A DNA stretch of 64,000 nt, from NCBI GenBank assembly GCA_964359755.1, contig CAYHUB010000001.1, positions 39,797-103,796 of the forward strand. Reading direction: 5' to 3'. Under the pieces are notes generated by a model. It made no database searches, was not told where the DNA came from, and saw only the letters and a program-made list of their open reading frames with translations. Positions 1 through 8,953 of the stretch are shown piece by piece. Source of the stretch: an uncultured Candidatus Saccharibacteria bacterium. Lineage in GTDB: Bacteria; Patescibacteriota; Minisyncoccia; GWC2-36-17; WO2-46-25. The translations under genes were made by a program, and so were the position numbers. Numbering within the stretch: the stretch's first letter is position 1; every line of letters starts with the position of its first letter.

Positions 1-1
1 G

Positions 2-460
2 GCGCGTGAAGTGCTGAAAGCGCACGAACCGCGCATGTCGCTTTCTATTGATATTTTCGGATATACATTTATACAACAGCACGACCTTGGCATTGGCCAG
101 CGGCTTGAAGATATGATCGAAGCTTTTGATTTCGTGTACCCCATGGTGTATCCGTCGCACTACAGCACGGGAAATTTTGGTTTTACAAATCCCGCGGAAC
201 ATCCGTATGAAGTGGTAAAAGGGACGCTGGAAAGCGGGCTTGCGAAACTGGGGGAACACGCGACCAGCTCCGCGCACCGCATCCGTCCGTGGCTGCAGTC
301 ATTCAACCTCGGCGCGATATATACCTCCGACATGATGCGAGCCCAGATTCAAGGAACGCGCGACGGACTCGGCGATCCGCCAGCTGGTGGATCCGGATGG
401 CTGTTGTGGGATCCGAAAAACCGATATGACAATGCGCGCGTATATCTGAAAAAAGAATAG
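2..460 (+). CDS. C-terminal fragment of a putative glycoside-hydrolase-like (TIM-barrel, DUF4015-like) protein; 5' end lies outside the window
   Basis: The open frame runs in from the window edge, with the first in-frame GTG at 11. Motif block FGYTF...YPMVYPSHY...GFTNP resembles putative glycosyl-hydrolase domain proteins. Family assignment is from memory and is weak. Confidence 0.4.
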   Translation, partial: AREVLKAHEPRMSLSIDIFGYTFIQQHDLGIGQRLEDMIEAFDFVYPMVYPSHYSTGNFGFTNPAEHPYEVVKGTLESGLAKLGEHATSSAHRIRPWLQSFNLGAIYTSDMMRAQIQGTRDGLGDPPAGGSGWLLWDPKNRYDNARVYLKKE

Positions 461-487
461 GGTTGTATTGCTTTACAAATACTCATT

Positions 488-2164
488 ATGTTAAAATACC
501 CTCATATGTTTATCCGTCTCCTCCCTCATCGTTCATTCCTGCGTTTCCTTCTTCCCGTAGCCGTGTTTATGTTTTCCGCGGTAGCGGGTATCTCGTTTGC
601 CGCATGGCTTGACGCCCCCAACGCCCCGCCCAACTACGGCATCGTGGGCTGTACTCCGCCATGCTTGCAGGAGGACTTCAAGCCGATGAATCTCGGCAGT
701 ACTGCGCAAACAAAGCACTCAGGAGCAACCTTTGAAGGCAACCTGACCGCGGATAATTTGTATGACACGGCAAACTACCCCACCTATTTCATTGATCCAG
801 CAGGGGCAGCTACGGCGGCCAATCTCTTGGGTTCTCTCACAATCAACTCCGGTGCGCTGAACGTCACTCAACCTAGCCCTGTGGGCTACGCCATCTATGC
901 AAGTGGGGGCATCAATTACTTTAGTGGCAACGTAGGAATCGGGACAACAGGTGGTTTGGCAAAACTCGTAGTGAATAACCCTTCTACCTCGGGAAAGACA
1001 GGCTCAGCCGGCGATGCCATTTATGCCTATGCCAACAACACTAACTCTGCCATCTCCGCCGAGCAAGCCAACGCCGCCGGCTACGCCATTTATGCGTCAG
1101 GTGGGATCAACTATTTTAGCGGCAACGTCGGCATCGGGATAGCAGATCCTGGGGCGTACGCATTGAATGTGGTCGGCAGCGTATCTGCAGATGGTCTGTA
1201 TGATCGGCAAGACACCGCTTACTTCATTGATCCCCGCGCTACTATTTCATCAGGCAATCTCAGCGGTACGTTTACCGTCGGCGGCAACGTCGGCATCGGG
1301 ACGACTGATACCACGACATATAGATTAAATGTCGCAGGCAACGCCAACGCCACCCAGCTTTGTATCGCCGGTGATTGCAGGTCATTGTGGCCGAGTGTTC
1401 CTCCAGAGACAGACCCAAAAGTGACGGGCGGTAGTACAGGCTATCTCACCAAATGGACCGGCGCTACCTCGCTTGGCAATTCAGCCATTTATGATAATGG
1501 TAGTCTTATCGGCATCGGGATGACGAATCCAACGCTGGCGAAGTTGAATGTAAGCGGTATTGCTGCCGGTGGCAGTATGGGAATATATACTACCGGAAGC
1601 ACATATGGTCTTTATACTGCTAATAAAGTACGCGCCGGAGCATTATGCGTTGGATCCGATTCCGAATGTATCAATAGCTTAGTGCCGCGAGCGTATGCTG
1701 ATGGTAACGGCGTATGGACATGGACGCAGGTTGTAAATAATTCTATCCCTGATGGGTACTCTATGGTATGGCGGCAGGGCTCAGCTAATCTTGACTCGAC
1801 TCGGCCAGTGTTTGGTCTCAGAATTAGCGGTGGTAGCGATGATGGTGGAGTATGTGGAGCAGGGGTCGGCGGATATTTTTGGGGCTGGGTGGGTCGTCTT
1901 GCGACATTTACGGGTTATACATATGATGTATTTGGAAATTCCTCGGGGGTTCTTCTTGGTAACAATGGTGCGGGAGCTTTTAATACAGGTGAATGGATTT
2001 TTGAAAATATTCCCCCGGGAAGGAGTGGTAGTTCTCCCGTCAACAAGGCGGCGGGAGTTATTTTTATTCCCCCAGGAAAAACTTTGTATTATTGGCAAAT
2101 ATATAATAATGGTCCCGGAACAGGGGGGAATACATGTATAGTAGAAGCTCTATATGGGAATTAG
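488..2164 (+). CDS. secreted or cell-surface repeat protein (GNVGIGTT / YFIDP repeats; tail-fibre-like or beta-helix-like)
   Basis: N-terminal hydrophobic signal/anchor. The 21-aa unit GYAIYASGGINYFSGNVGIG occurs twice exactly, with further degenerate G-N-V-G-I-G-T-T copies. Very Gly/Thr/Asn rich. No enzymatic motif recognised. Confidence 0.55.
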   Translation: MLKYPHMFIRLLPHRSFLRFLLPVAVFMFSAVAGISFAAWLDAPNAPPNYGIVGCTPPCLQEDFKPMNLGSTAQTKHSGATFEGNLTADNLYDTANYPTYFIDPAGAATAANLLGSLTINSGALNVTQPSPVGYAIYASGGINYFSGNVGIGTTGGLAKLVVNNPSTSGKTGSAGDAIYAYANNTNSAISAEQANAAGYAIYASGGINYFSGNVGIGIADPGAYALNVVGSVSADGLYDRQDTAYFIDPRATISSGNLSGTFTVGGNVGIGTTDTTTYRLNVAGNANATQLCIAGDCRSLWPSVPPETDPKVTGGSTGYLTKWTGATSLGNSAIYDNGSLIGIGMTNPTLAKLNVSGIAAGGSMGIYTTGSTYGLYTANKVRAGALCVGSDSECINSLVPRAYADGNGVWTWTQVVNNSIPDGYSMVWRQGSANLDSTRPVFGLRISGGSDDGGVCGAGVGGYFWGWVGRLATFTGYTYDVFGNSSGVLLGNNGAGAFNTGEWIFENIPPGRSGSSPVNKAAGVIFIPPGKTLYYWQIYNNGPGTGGNTCIVEALYGN

Positions 2165-2190
2165 ATTTAAGATTTCAAATTTATCTAAAT

Positions 2191-2562
2191 ATGTTTTTAA
2201 AATCAAAATATACTTTACTATCAATTATTTTTGCGGCGGTTATGGCGTTGACCGGCTTGACATCGTACGCCCAAGATAGTGATATAAAAGACGGAACATG
2301 GGCGGAAGCGCCACCTACAATAGCTCCTCGAGTACTTGATGTTCCGCAGAGTGAACCGCTACAAGATTTTGTCATTCCAGCCGACGGAAAAGAACCGTCG
2401 CTTATTGCCGATACATCTGGGAAGATAGGCGTTGAGCAAAAGATTATTCAGCTTGAGCAAAAGGTAAATCAATTAATGTATCTTAATGCGATAGTGTTTT
2501 TGCTTATTGTGCTGGCGGCGGGATCTTTTGGTATTGCTAAAATGAGAAAAAAGCTTTTGTAG
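2191..2562 (+). CDS. small secreted or membrane-anchored protein (signal peptide, coiled segment, C-terminal TM helix)
   Basis: ORF-track ORF 2134..2562. The internal Met at 2191 begins a classical signal peptide (MFLKSKYTLLSIIFAAVMALTGLTSYAQ). The C-terminal stretch LMYLNAIVFLLIVLAAGSFGIA looks like a TM anchor. Region is AT-rich. Confidence 0.45.
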   Translation: MFLKSKYTLLSIIFAAVMALTGLTSYAQDSDIKDGTWAEAPPTIAPRVLDVPQSEPLQDFVIPADGKEPSLIADTSGKIGVEQKIIQLEQKVNQLMYLNAIVFLLIVLAAGSFGIAKMRKKLL

Positions 2563-2596
2563 ATCCTGCGAAGCCGGACGTTGTAAATTCTTCGTA

Positions 2597-2627
2597 AAAG
2601 AGTGCATTACGCACTCTTTTATTGTAT
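2597..2627 (+). terminator. rho-independent terminator (9-bp stem aaagagtgc/gcactcttt followed by a T-run)
   Basis: Perfect inverted repeat 2597-2605/2611-2619, followed by ttttattgtat. Confidence 0.6.
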
Positions 2628-2666
2628 ATCTTTTCGCTCATGGGGGCGGCGTGCTACACTGCGCAC

Positions 2667-3386
2667 ATGAAGCATCGGATACACAATGAAAAGGGGTCTG
2701 CGCTTCCGCTCGGGAATATCGTGCTTGCGACGATTGCGGCAGTTATGCTTATTGGCGTGGTGTGGTACATGGGGGGCCCGCGCGGAACTACGACCGAGAA
2801 AAAAACAACAGCGCAATCTCAAAAAGGCGAGGGTGATGAACGCGTTGAAATCGGCGCGGGAGGTTCCCCGTCGATCGGACGGCCTGATGCGAAAGTGACC
2901 ATTATTGAGTTTGCCGATTATCAATGCCCGTTTTGCGCGGTGCTTCATGCGGGCGCGGAAGCGGCGATCATAGACGAATACGTAAAAAAAGGGAAGGCGC
3001 GGTTTACCTTCAAACATTATCCTTTTTTAGGGGATGAATCGGTGCGTGCCGCGACCGCAAGCAAATGCGCGCAGGAACAAGAGAAATTTTGGGAGTATCA
3101 CGATGCGCTTTTTGAACGGCAAATGCAGAACACGGGCGAGAATGCCGGCGTTTTTTCCGGTGAAAATCTGAAACGCACTGCGGAAAATGTCGGGCTGAAC
3201 GAAGGGATGTTTGAAAAATGCCTTGCATCGGGAAAATATGAACAGATAATACTCGATGAGATGGAAGAAGGCAGACAGGCGGGCGTGGAAAATACTCCGA
3301 CCATGTTCATCAACGGGCGAAAAACCGAAGGCGCGCTGACGTTTGATGCGTATAAGGCGATAATCGATGAAGAGCTGAGCCGATAG
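2667..3386 (+). CDS. DsbA-family thiol:disulfide oxidoreductase (thioredoxin fold, CPFC active site), membrane-anchored
   Basis: C-P-F-C motif in FADYQCPFCA, preceded by an N-terminal TM helix. The ORF-track start at 2622 overlaps the upstream terminator hairpin, so the start is moved to the ATG at 2667. Confidence 0.75.
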   Translation: MKHRIHNEKGSALPLGNIVLATIAAVMLIGVVWYMGGPRGTTTEKKTTAQSQKGEGDERVEIGAGGSPSIGRPDAKVTIIEFADYQCPFCAVLHAGAEAAIIDEYVKKGKARFTFKHYPFLGDESVRAATASKCAQEQEKFWEYHDALFERQMQNTGENAGVFSGENLKRTAENVGLNEGMFEKCLASGKYEQIILDEMEEGRQAGVENTPTMFINGRKTEGALTFDAYKAIIDEELSR

Positions 3387-3394
3387 AAAAATGC

Positions 3395-3423
3395 TTGGCG
3401 TTTTACGCGAAGACGGATATAAT
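3395..3423 (+). promoter_or_regulatory. sigma70-like promoter (TTGGCG-N17-TATAAT) ending 6 nt before the trxB ATG; implies a leaderless transcript
   Basis: -35 at 3395-3400, -10 TATAAT at 3418-3423, ATG at 3430. No SD. Confidence 0.4.
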
Positions 3424-3429
3424 ACAACC

Positions 3430-4371
3430 ATGTACGACTTGATCATTATCGGCGGCGGACCTGCGGGGACTGCGGCGGCGGTGTATGCCGCGCGAAAAAA
3501 GATAAAAACCTTGCTTTGTACCGAGTCGTTCGGGGGGCAGTCGGTCGTGTCAGATAATATTGAAAACTGGATCGGTGAAAAAACCATTAACGGTCTTGAT
3601 CTCGCGAAGAAGTTCGAGGAGCATGTGCGCGCGCAGGAAGGGATAGAGATAAAAATGCCGGATCGCGCGGGAACGGTTCGCCGGTTGGAGGGGGGCGGGT
3701 TTGAAGTTGCTTCAGAAAAGGGAGAAGCGTACCTCGCAAAAACAGTGCTTGTGGTTTCGGGCGGGAGGCGGAGAAAACTCGGCGTGCCCGGAGAGGATGC
3801 ATTCTCGGGAAAAGGGGTTGCGTATTGCGCGACGTGCGACGCGCCGTTGTTTCGAAATAAAACAGTTGCCGTCGTGGGAAGCGGCAATGCGGCGCTTGAA
3901 GCGGTGATCGATCTGTTGCCATACGCGACGCACGTGTATCTACTTGTGCGCGGCGATCAATTGAAAGGAGATATGACCACGCAAGCGGAAGTAAAGAATT
4001 CGCCGAAGGTGACGGTGCTTATGAATACGACAGCGCAAGAGATCACAGGGGATACATTTGTGCGGGCGCTCACCTATGCCGATAAGGCCACGAATGAGAA
4101 AAAAACGCTTGATGTGGGCGGGGTGTTTGTCGAGATCGGCTCAATGCCGAATACGGAGATGGTAAAGGATGTCGTGAAGCTGAATGATTTTGGGGAAATC
4201 GTCGTTGATCCGGTGCATGGCACAACATCGCAGGCGGGCATCTGGGCGGCGGGGGATGTGACGGACGGTCCGTATAAGCAAAATAACATTGCGGCGGGAG
4301 ACGCGGTGAAAGCAACGCTCTCTATTTATGCGTATCTTTTAAAGCAAGAAAAGACCGCTTTGCGTATATAA
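3430..4371 (+). CDS. trxB: thioredoxin-disulfide reductase
   Basis: N-terminal FAD Rossmann motif IIIGGGPAG and redox-active CATCD motif. NAD(P)-binding GSGNAALE also present. Start chosen at MYDLIIIGGG (3430) rather than the ORF-track 3391. Confidence 0.9.
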   Translation: MYDLIIIGGGPAGTAAAVYAARKKIKTLLCTESFGGQSVVSDNIENWIGEKTINGLDLAKKFEEHVRAQEGIEIKMPDRAGTVRRLEGGGFEVASEKGEAYLAKTVLVVSGGRRRKLGVPGEDAFSGKGVAYCATCDAPLFRNKTVAVVGSGNAALEAVIDLLPYATHVYLLVRGDQLKGDMTTQAEVKNSPKVTVLMNTTAQEITGDTFVRALTYADKATNEKKTLDVGGVFVEIGSMPNTEMVKDVVKLNDFGEIVVDPVHGTTSQAGIWAAGDVTDGPYKQNNIAAGDAVKATLSIYAYLLKQEKTALRI

Positions 4372-4452
4372 CACACAATTGCGTGATATGCGGGGTTTTG
4401 TGAAAAGCATGAATAAAGGTATTTTTAACTACAAACATTAATATAAGCATAT

Positions 4453-5472
4453 ATGATACGAGTTGCGATCAATGGGTTTGGGAGAATAGGGCGCATGTTT
4501 TTTCGGGTCGGATTTCCCCGGGAAGAGTTGGAGATCGTTGCAATAAACGATCTGGGCGATATTGAAAATCTTGCGTATTTGCTAAGGCATGATTCGGTAT
4601 ACCGCGATTGGGGGCATGATGTGTCGGTGCACGAAGGGAAGCTGGTCGTGGACGGCAAAAGTATCGCATTTATTCAAGAAAAAGACCCGACAAAACTCCC
4701 ATGGAAAGATCTTGAAATTGATGTTGTGGTGGAATCAACCGGCCTTTTTGAAACATTTGAGAAGGCGAAGGTGCATGTGGTCTCAGGAGCAAAGCGCGTG
4801 GTTATTTCCGCGCCGGCAAAAGACGATGAATGCGACGATGCAAAAACGGTCCTGATGGGTATGAATGAAGATGAACTTGAAAACATCAGCGTCAGTTCAA
4901 ATGGTTCGTGTACGACCAATTCCGTGCACCCCGCTATACAGGTGCTGAACGAAACGATCGGCGTGAAGAAGGCGATGCTTACGACGGTGCACGCGTATAC
5001 GGCAACGCAAAAGCTGGTGGACGGCCCCGATAAAGGCGATTGGCGCAGAGGACGCGCTGCGGCACAGAACATTTCGCCCTCAACTACGGGAGCCGCGATC
5101 GCGGTGACGCGCGTCGTGAAGGAATTGCAGGGAAAATTCGACGGTATTGCGGTGCGGGTGCCGGTGATATCCGGCTCGCTTTCAACCGTTGTGTTTCTTG
5201 CGGCTCGTCCGACCAGTATTGAAGAAGTGAACGAAGCGCTCACAAAAGCGGAACAAACCGCGCGCTGGAAAGGCGTATTTAAAACCACAACCGATCCGCT
5301 CGTATCCTCCGATATCATCGGCATACCGTATGCCTCGCTTGTCGATTGTTCGCTTACGAAGGTCATTGATGGCGATCTGGTAAGCATCGGCGCGTGGTAT
5401 GATAATGAAATGGGGTACACGCATATGCTGGTTGAGCATGTGATCAAATCGGGAGCATACGCGAAGAAATAA
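4453..5472 (+). CDS. gap: glyceraldehyde-3-phosphate dehydrogenase, type I
   Basis: INGFGRIGR NAD-binding motif. SNGSCTTNS active-site block with the catalytic Cys. TTVHAYTATQK and AAQNISPSTTGAA blocks. Confidence 0.92.
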   Translation: MIRVAINGFGRIGRMFFRVGFPREELEIVAINDLGDIENLAYLLRHDSVYRDWGHDVSVHEGKLVVDGKSIAFIQEKDPTKLPWKDLEIDVVVESTGLFETFEKAKVHVVSGAKRVVISAPAKDDECDDAKTVLMGMNEDELENISVSSNGSCTTNSVHPAIQVLNETIGVKKAMLTTVHAYTATQKLVDGPDKGDWRRGRAAAQNISPSTTGAAIAVTRVVKELQGKFDGIAVRVPVISGSLSTVVFLAARPTSIEEVNEALTKAEQTARWKGVFKTTTDPLVSSDIIGIPYASLVDCSLTKVIDGDLVSIGAWYDNEMGYTHMLVEHVIKSGAYAKK

Positions 5473-5487
5473 TCAAAGAATAAAAAT

Positions 5488-5766
5488 ATGTTCGACAGCT
5501 ACCACTACTACATCTTTATTCTTCTATTGCTGTTTTGTATTTTACTGCTCGTGTTTAACAGTTTTGTGGTGCACCATTATTTTATTGACATCATTTCTGG
5601 CATCCTGCCATTTATTCCGATAGCCGGGTTTTTGTATCATCTGCGTTTTCAGGACGGAACGGTGATTCCGTTTTATGTGCTGTTTTGCGCTTTGCTTGCG
5701 GCGTATGTTGTCGTGTTTGCCGGTATGAAGATATATGCGATATTTAATCCTTCAGAAGGAATATGA
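5488..5766 (+). CDS. small hydrophobic membrane protein (about 3 TM helices), function unknown
   Basis: 92 aa, highly hydrophobic. 4-bp ATGA overlap with rpiB suggests translational coupling. Confidence 0.45.
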   Translation: MFDSYHYYIFILLLLFCILLLVFNSFVVHHYFIDIISGILPFIPIAGFLYHLRFQDGTVIPFYVLFCALLAAYVVVFAGMKIYAIFNPSEGI

Positions 5767-6233
5767 TCATTTATCTTGGCGCCGACCACGCGGGATTCGC
5801 GCTGAAGCAAAAAACGAAAGAATTTTTGGAAAGCGAAGGGTATGAGGTCGCGGATATGGGCGCGTATGCAAACAACGATGGCGACGACTACCCTGAGTTT
5901 ATTGCGGCGGCGGCACAAGCGGTCGCCAACGACCTTATTAAAGGCGTTGATTCGCGCGGGATCATTTTCGGCGGGTCGGGGCAAGGCGAGGCAATGGCGG
6001 CAAATCGCATTCACGGCATTCGCGCGGCGGTATTTTACGGCCCCTCGACTTCGCTCAGGACAGGCGGCCCGCTTGAAATAATAAAACTTTCACGAGAGCA
6101 TAATGACGCAAATATGCTTTCGATCGGTGCGCGGTTTGTTTCCGAGCAGGAAGCGCTTGATGCGGTGAAGCTGTGGCTCGACACCCCGTTTTCCAACGAA
6201 GAACGGCACAGAAGAAGGATAATGAAGTTCTAA
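5763..6233 (+). CDS. rpiB: ribose-5-phosphate isomerase B
   Basis: N-terminus MIIYLGADHAGFALKQK matches the RpiB/LacAB signature. Size is 156 aa. Confidence 0.88.
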   Translation: MIIYLGADHAGFALKQKTKEFLESEGYEVADMGAYANNDGDDYPEFIAAAAQAVANDLIKGVDSRGIIFGGSGQGEAMAANRIHGIRAAVFYGPSTSLRTGGPLEIIKLSREHNDANMLSIGARFVSEQEALDAVKLWLDTPFSNEERHRRRIMKF

Positions 6234-6245
6234 GCGTGGTATGTC

Positions 6246-6368
6246 CAGCCATCACTCCTCAATTCTTTCTTTTATCTTAATCCGCCAGCTGGCGGACAGC
6301 CTTTCGATAACTATTATATAAATAAAAAGCGTGAGAGGATTAAAGAAGGAATTGAGGGGTGATGGCTG
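6246..6368. repeat. 123-bp element bounded by 20-bp terminal inverted repeats (19/20 match), with an internal perfect 14-bp palindrome ccgccagctggcgg
   Basis: 6246-6265 cagccatcactcctcaattc versus the reverse complement of 6349-6368, cagccatcacccctcaattc. Internal palindrome at 6282-6295. Sits in the rpiB-rpe intergenic region. Confidence 0.6.
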
Positions 6369-6396
6369 AAAAAGTATATTTCGTAATCCAAAATAA

Positions 6397-7053
6397 ATGA
6401 TAGAAATTGTTCCGGCGATCATTGCACGCGATAGCGAAGAAGTGAAGCAGAAGCTTGCGCTTATTGAGGGCGCGGTTGAGTGGGCGCAGATCGATGTAAT
6501 GGACGGCGTGTTCACGCCGCCGGTGACCTTCAATGACCCAGCTGCGTTGCGCGATATTACGACCACAGTACGTCTCGAAGCGCACTTGATGGTGGCGCAT
6601 CCGGAGAATGTTATTGATGCATGGATCAATTCGCCTGTTGCGCGTATTTTACTTCACTACGAATCAACAACGCCTGAAAAATTGGCGGAGCTTGCCGCAA
6701 AGGTCAGTGCCGCCGGCAAAGAGGTTGGTATTGCGCTTAAACTGGAAACCCCGATCTCTGTCTTAGACCCTTTGTTTCAAATTTCAAGCTTCACGTTTCA
6801 GGTAGTACAGCTGATGGGCATCGCCGAGATCGGGTATCATGGGCATCCATTTGATGAGCGCGTGCTCGACAAAATCCATGCGTTGCACGAGCACTATCCT
6901 AATGTTATAATAGCGGTTGACGGTGGTGTAAGTTTGGAAAACGCCGGTACAATTTTAGAGGCGGGCGCTCCTTGTTTGGTTGTCGGAAGCGCAATTTTTA
7001 AAAGCGATAACGCGAAAGAAACGATTAAGAAATTTCAATCTGCAGTTCTATAA
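6397..7053 (+). CDS. rpe: ribulose-phosphate 3-epimerase
   Basis: QIDVMDGVFTPPVTF, AHLMVAHPE and C-terminal DGGV...LVVGSAIF blocks typical of Rpe. Confidence 0.85.
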   Translation: MIEIVPAIIARDSEEVKQKLALIEGAVEWAQIDVMDGVFTPPVTFNDPAALRDITTTVRLEAHLMVAHPENVIDAWINSPVARILLHYESTTPEKLAELAAKVSAAGKEVGIALKLETPISVLDPLFQISSFTFQVVQLMGIAEIGYHGHPFDERVLDKIHALHEHYPNVIIAVDGGVSLENAGTILEAGAPCLVVGSAIFKSDNAKETIKKFQSAVL

Positions 7054-7071
7054 GCTAACGAAGTTAAACAT

Positions 7072-7968
7072 ATGACCACACTGCACGAAGAAAAAATAAA
7101 ACTACTCGAGGAAAAAGCAAATCTCATCAGGCAGAGCATCATTGAGATGCTTATTGAGGCAAAAAGCGGGCATTCCGCGGGGCCGCTTGGCATGGCGGAT
7201 GTATTCGCGCTTTTTTATTTCCACATCCTTAAACACGATCCGAAAAACCCGACATGGCCGGAACGGGACAGATTGATCCTGTCGAACGGGCATATTTGTC
7301 CGGTGTTGTATGCAACAATGGCGCACGCGGGTTATTTCCCTGTGGAGGAGTTGAAAACATTGCGAAAACTTCATTCGCGTTTACAAGGGCATCCGCACCG
7401 CGAATGGCTGCCGATGGTGGAAACGAGTTCCGGCCCGCTCGGCTCGGGGCTTTCGCAAGCGGTAGGCATGGCGCTTGCCGACAGGATGGACAACGGAAAG
7501 ACATCAGGGAAATTCTTTTATTGCTTCATGGGAGACGGCGAGCTTGATTGCGGGCAGGTGTGGGAAGCGACGATGCTCGCGGGCAAAGAAAAATTGCACA
7601 ATATCATCGGCGTTATTGACCGCAACAACATCCAGATTGACGGGTTTACCGAAGACATTATGCCGCTTGAACCGCTGAAAGAAAAATTCGAATCGTTCGG
7701 CTGGCATGTGCTTGAAGTGGACGGGCATAATTTTGAAGCGCTCTCCGACGCGGTAGGCCAAGCGCAGGCGGTTTTTGAAAAGCCGTCGATGATCATTGCG
7801 CATACGATCCCGGGGAAAGGAGTTGAATTCATGGAGCGTCGGTTTGAGTGGCACGGCGTACCGCCGGGCCAAGGACCGGAAGACAAAGTGAAGAAAGCCG
7901 AGCAGGGTCTTGAGGCGCTGAACGAGTTACGTACGCTCTGCGGCAAAATTAAATCTGAACATGAATAA
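7072..7968 (+). CDS. transketolase, N-terminal (TPP-binding) subunit
   Basis: GHSAGPLGMADV and GDGELDCGQVWEA motifs. The gene ends where the C-terminal subunit gene starts. Confidence 0.88.
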   Translation: MTTLHEEKIKLLEEKANLIRQSIIEMLIEAKSGHSAGPLGMADVFALFYFHILKHDPKNPTWPERDRLILSNGHICPVLYATMAHAGYFPVEELKTLRKLHSRLQGHPHREWLPMVETSSGPLGSGLSQAVGMALADRMDNGKTSGKFFYCFMGDGELDCGQVWEATMLAGKEKLHNIIGVIDRNNIQIDGFTEDIMPLEPLKEKFESFGWHVLEVDGHNFEALSDAVGQAQAVFEKPSMIIAHTIPGKGVEFMERRFEWHGVPPGQGPEDKVKKAEQGLEALNELRTLCGKIKSEHE

Positions 7969-8950
7969 TATGGACACACTCAATCCGAAATTGTTCGATA
8001 AAGACGTAGAACAGCTTCCTATCCGCAAAGGATACGGCGACGGCTTGTTGCAGGCGGGGAAGGAAGATGAGCGGATTGTGGCGCTGTGCGCCGACCTGAC
8101 CGGCTCGACGATGACGAGCGTGTTTTCCAAAGAATTTCCGAAACGATTCGTGCAAATGGGCATCGGCGAACAATCAATGGCATCGGTCGCTTCCGGCATG
8201 GCGGCGATGGGGAAAATTCCGTTTCTCGCTTCGTATGCGATGTTTTCGCCCGGGCGCAACTGGGAACAGATTCGTACCACGATCTGCTACAATGATTCTA
8301 ATGTGAAAATTGCGGGCGCGCATGCGGGCGTTTCCGTGGGGCCTGACGGCGGCACGCATCAGGCGGTTGAGGATATTGCGATCACGCGGGTCATCCCGCG
8401 CATGACGGTTATTGTGCCATGCGACGCCATTGAAGCGAAAAAGGCGACGCTTGCGGCGGCAAAAATGACAGGCCCGGTGTATATACGGCTTGCGCGCGAA
8501 GCAACGCCGGTCATCACTACGGAAGCAACACCGTTTGCCATCGGGAAAGCACAGCTATTTTTCACGCCGAAGGAAAAAGCGCAGGTTGGCATTATCGCGG
8601 TCGGCGCGCTTGTCTATAATGCTATTATTGCGGCGCGTGAGCTCGAAGCGGAAGGAGTATATGCAACAGTAATGAATCTCGGCACCGTGAAGCCGATCGA
8701 TAAAGAGGCGGTTGTTGCGCTTGCAAAAGAAGCGGGTGCATTAGTGACGGTAGAAGAACACCAAGTTGCGTGCGGCGTCGGGTCTGCGGTCGCGGAAGTT
8801 CTTGTACAGCATCGTCCAGTGCCGATTGAATTTGTCGGCGTGCGGGATACGTTCGGTCAATCGGGAGAGCCCAATGAGCTTATTGAGCATTACGGCATGG
8901 GGGTGAGTCATATTAAGGACGCGGTGAAGAGAGTAATAGGAAGGAAGTAA
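7961..8950 (+). CDS. transketolase, C-terminal (pyrimidine-binding plus C-terminal domain) subunit
   Basis: MGIGEQSMASVASGMA and HAGVSVGPDGGTHQAVEDIA blocks. 8-bp overlap with the N-terminal subunit gene. Confidence 0.88.
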   Translation: MNNMDTLNPKLFDKDVEQLPIRKGYGDGLLQAGKEDERIVALCADLTGSTMTSVFSKEFPKRFVQMGIGEQSMASVASGMAAMGKIPFLASYAMFSPGRNWEQIRTTICYNDSNVKIAGAHAGVSVGPDGGTHQAVEDIAITRVIPRMTVIVPCDAIEAKKATLAAAKMTGPVYIRLAREATPVITTEATPFAIGKAQLFFTPKEKAQVGIIAVGALVYNAIIAARELEAEGVYATVMNLGTVKPIDKEAVVALAKEAGALVTVEEHQVACGVGSAVAEVLVQHRPVPIEFVGVRDTFGQSGEPNELIEHYGMGVSHIKDAVKRVIGRK

Positions 8951-8953
8951 TTT

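Noticed and set aside
2622-2666. ORF-track start of the DsbA-like gene at 2622
   Set aside because: These codons overlap the upstream terminator hairpin and T-run, so the start was moved to the ATG at 2667.
3027-3887. 286-aa minus-strand ORF antisense to the DsbA-like and trxB genes
   Set aside because: It is fully antisense to two well-supported genes, and the product is Pro/Ser/Ala-rich low complexity. Typical GC-frame artefact.
4674-5447. 257-aa minus-strand ORF antisense to gap
   Set aside because: Antisense to a highly conserved GAPDH gene. Ser/Thr-rich with no motif.
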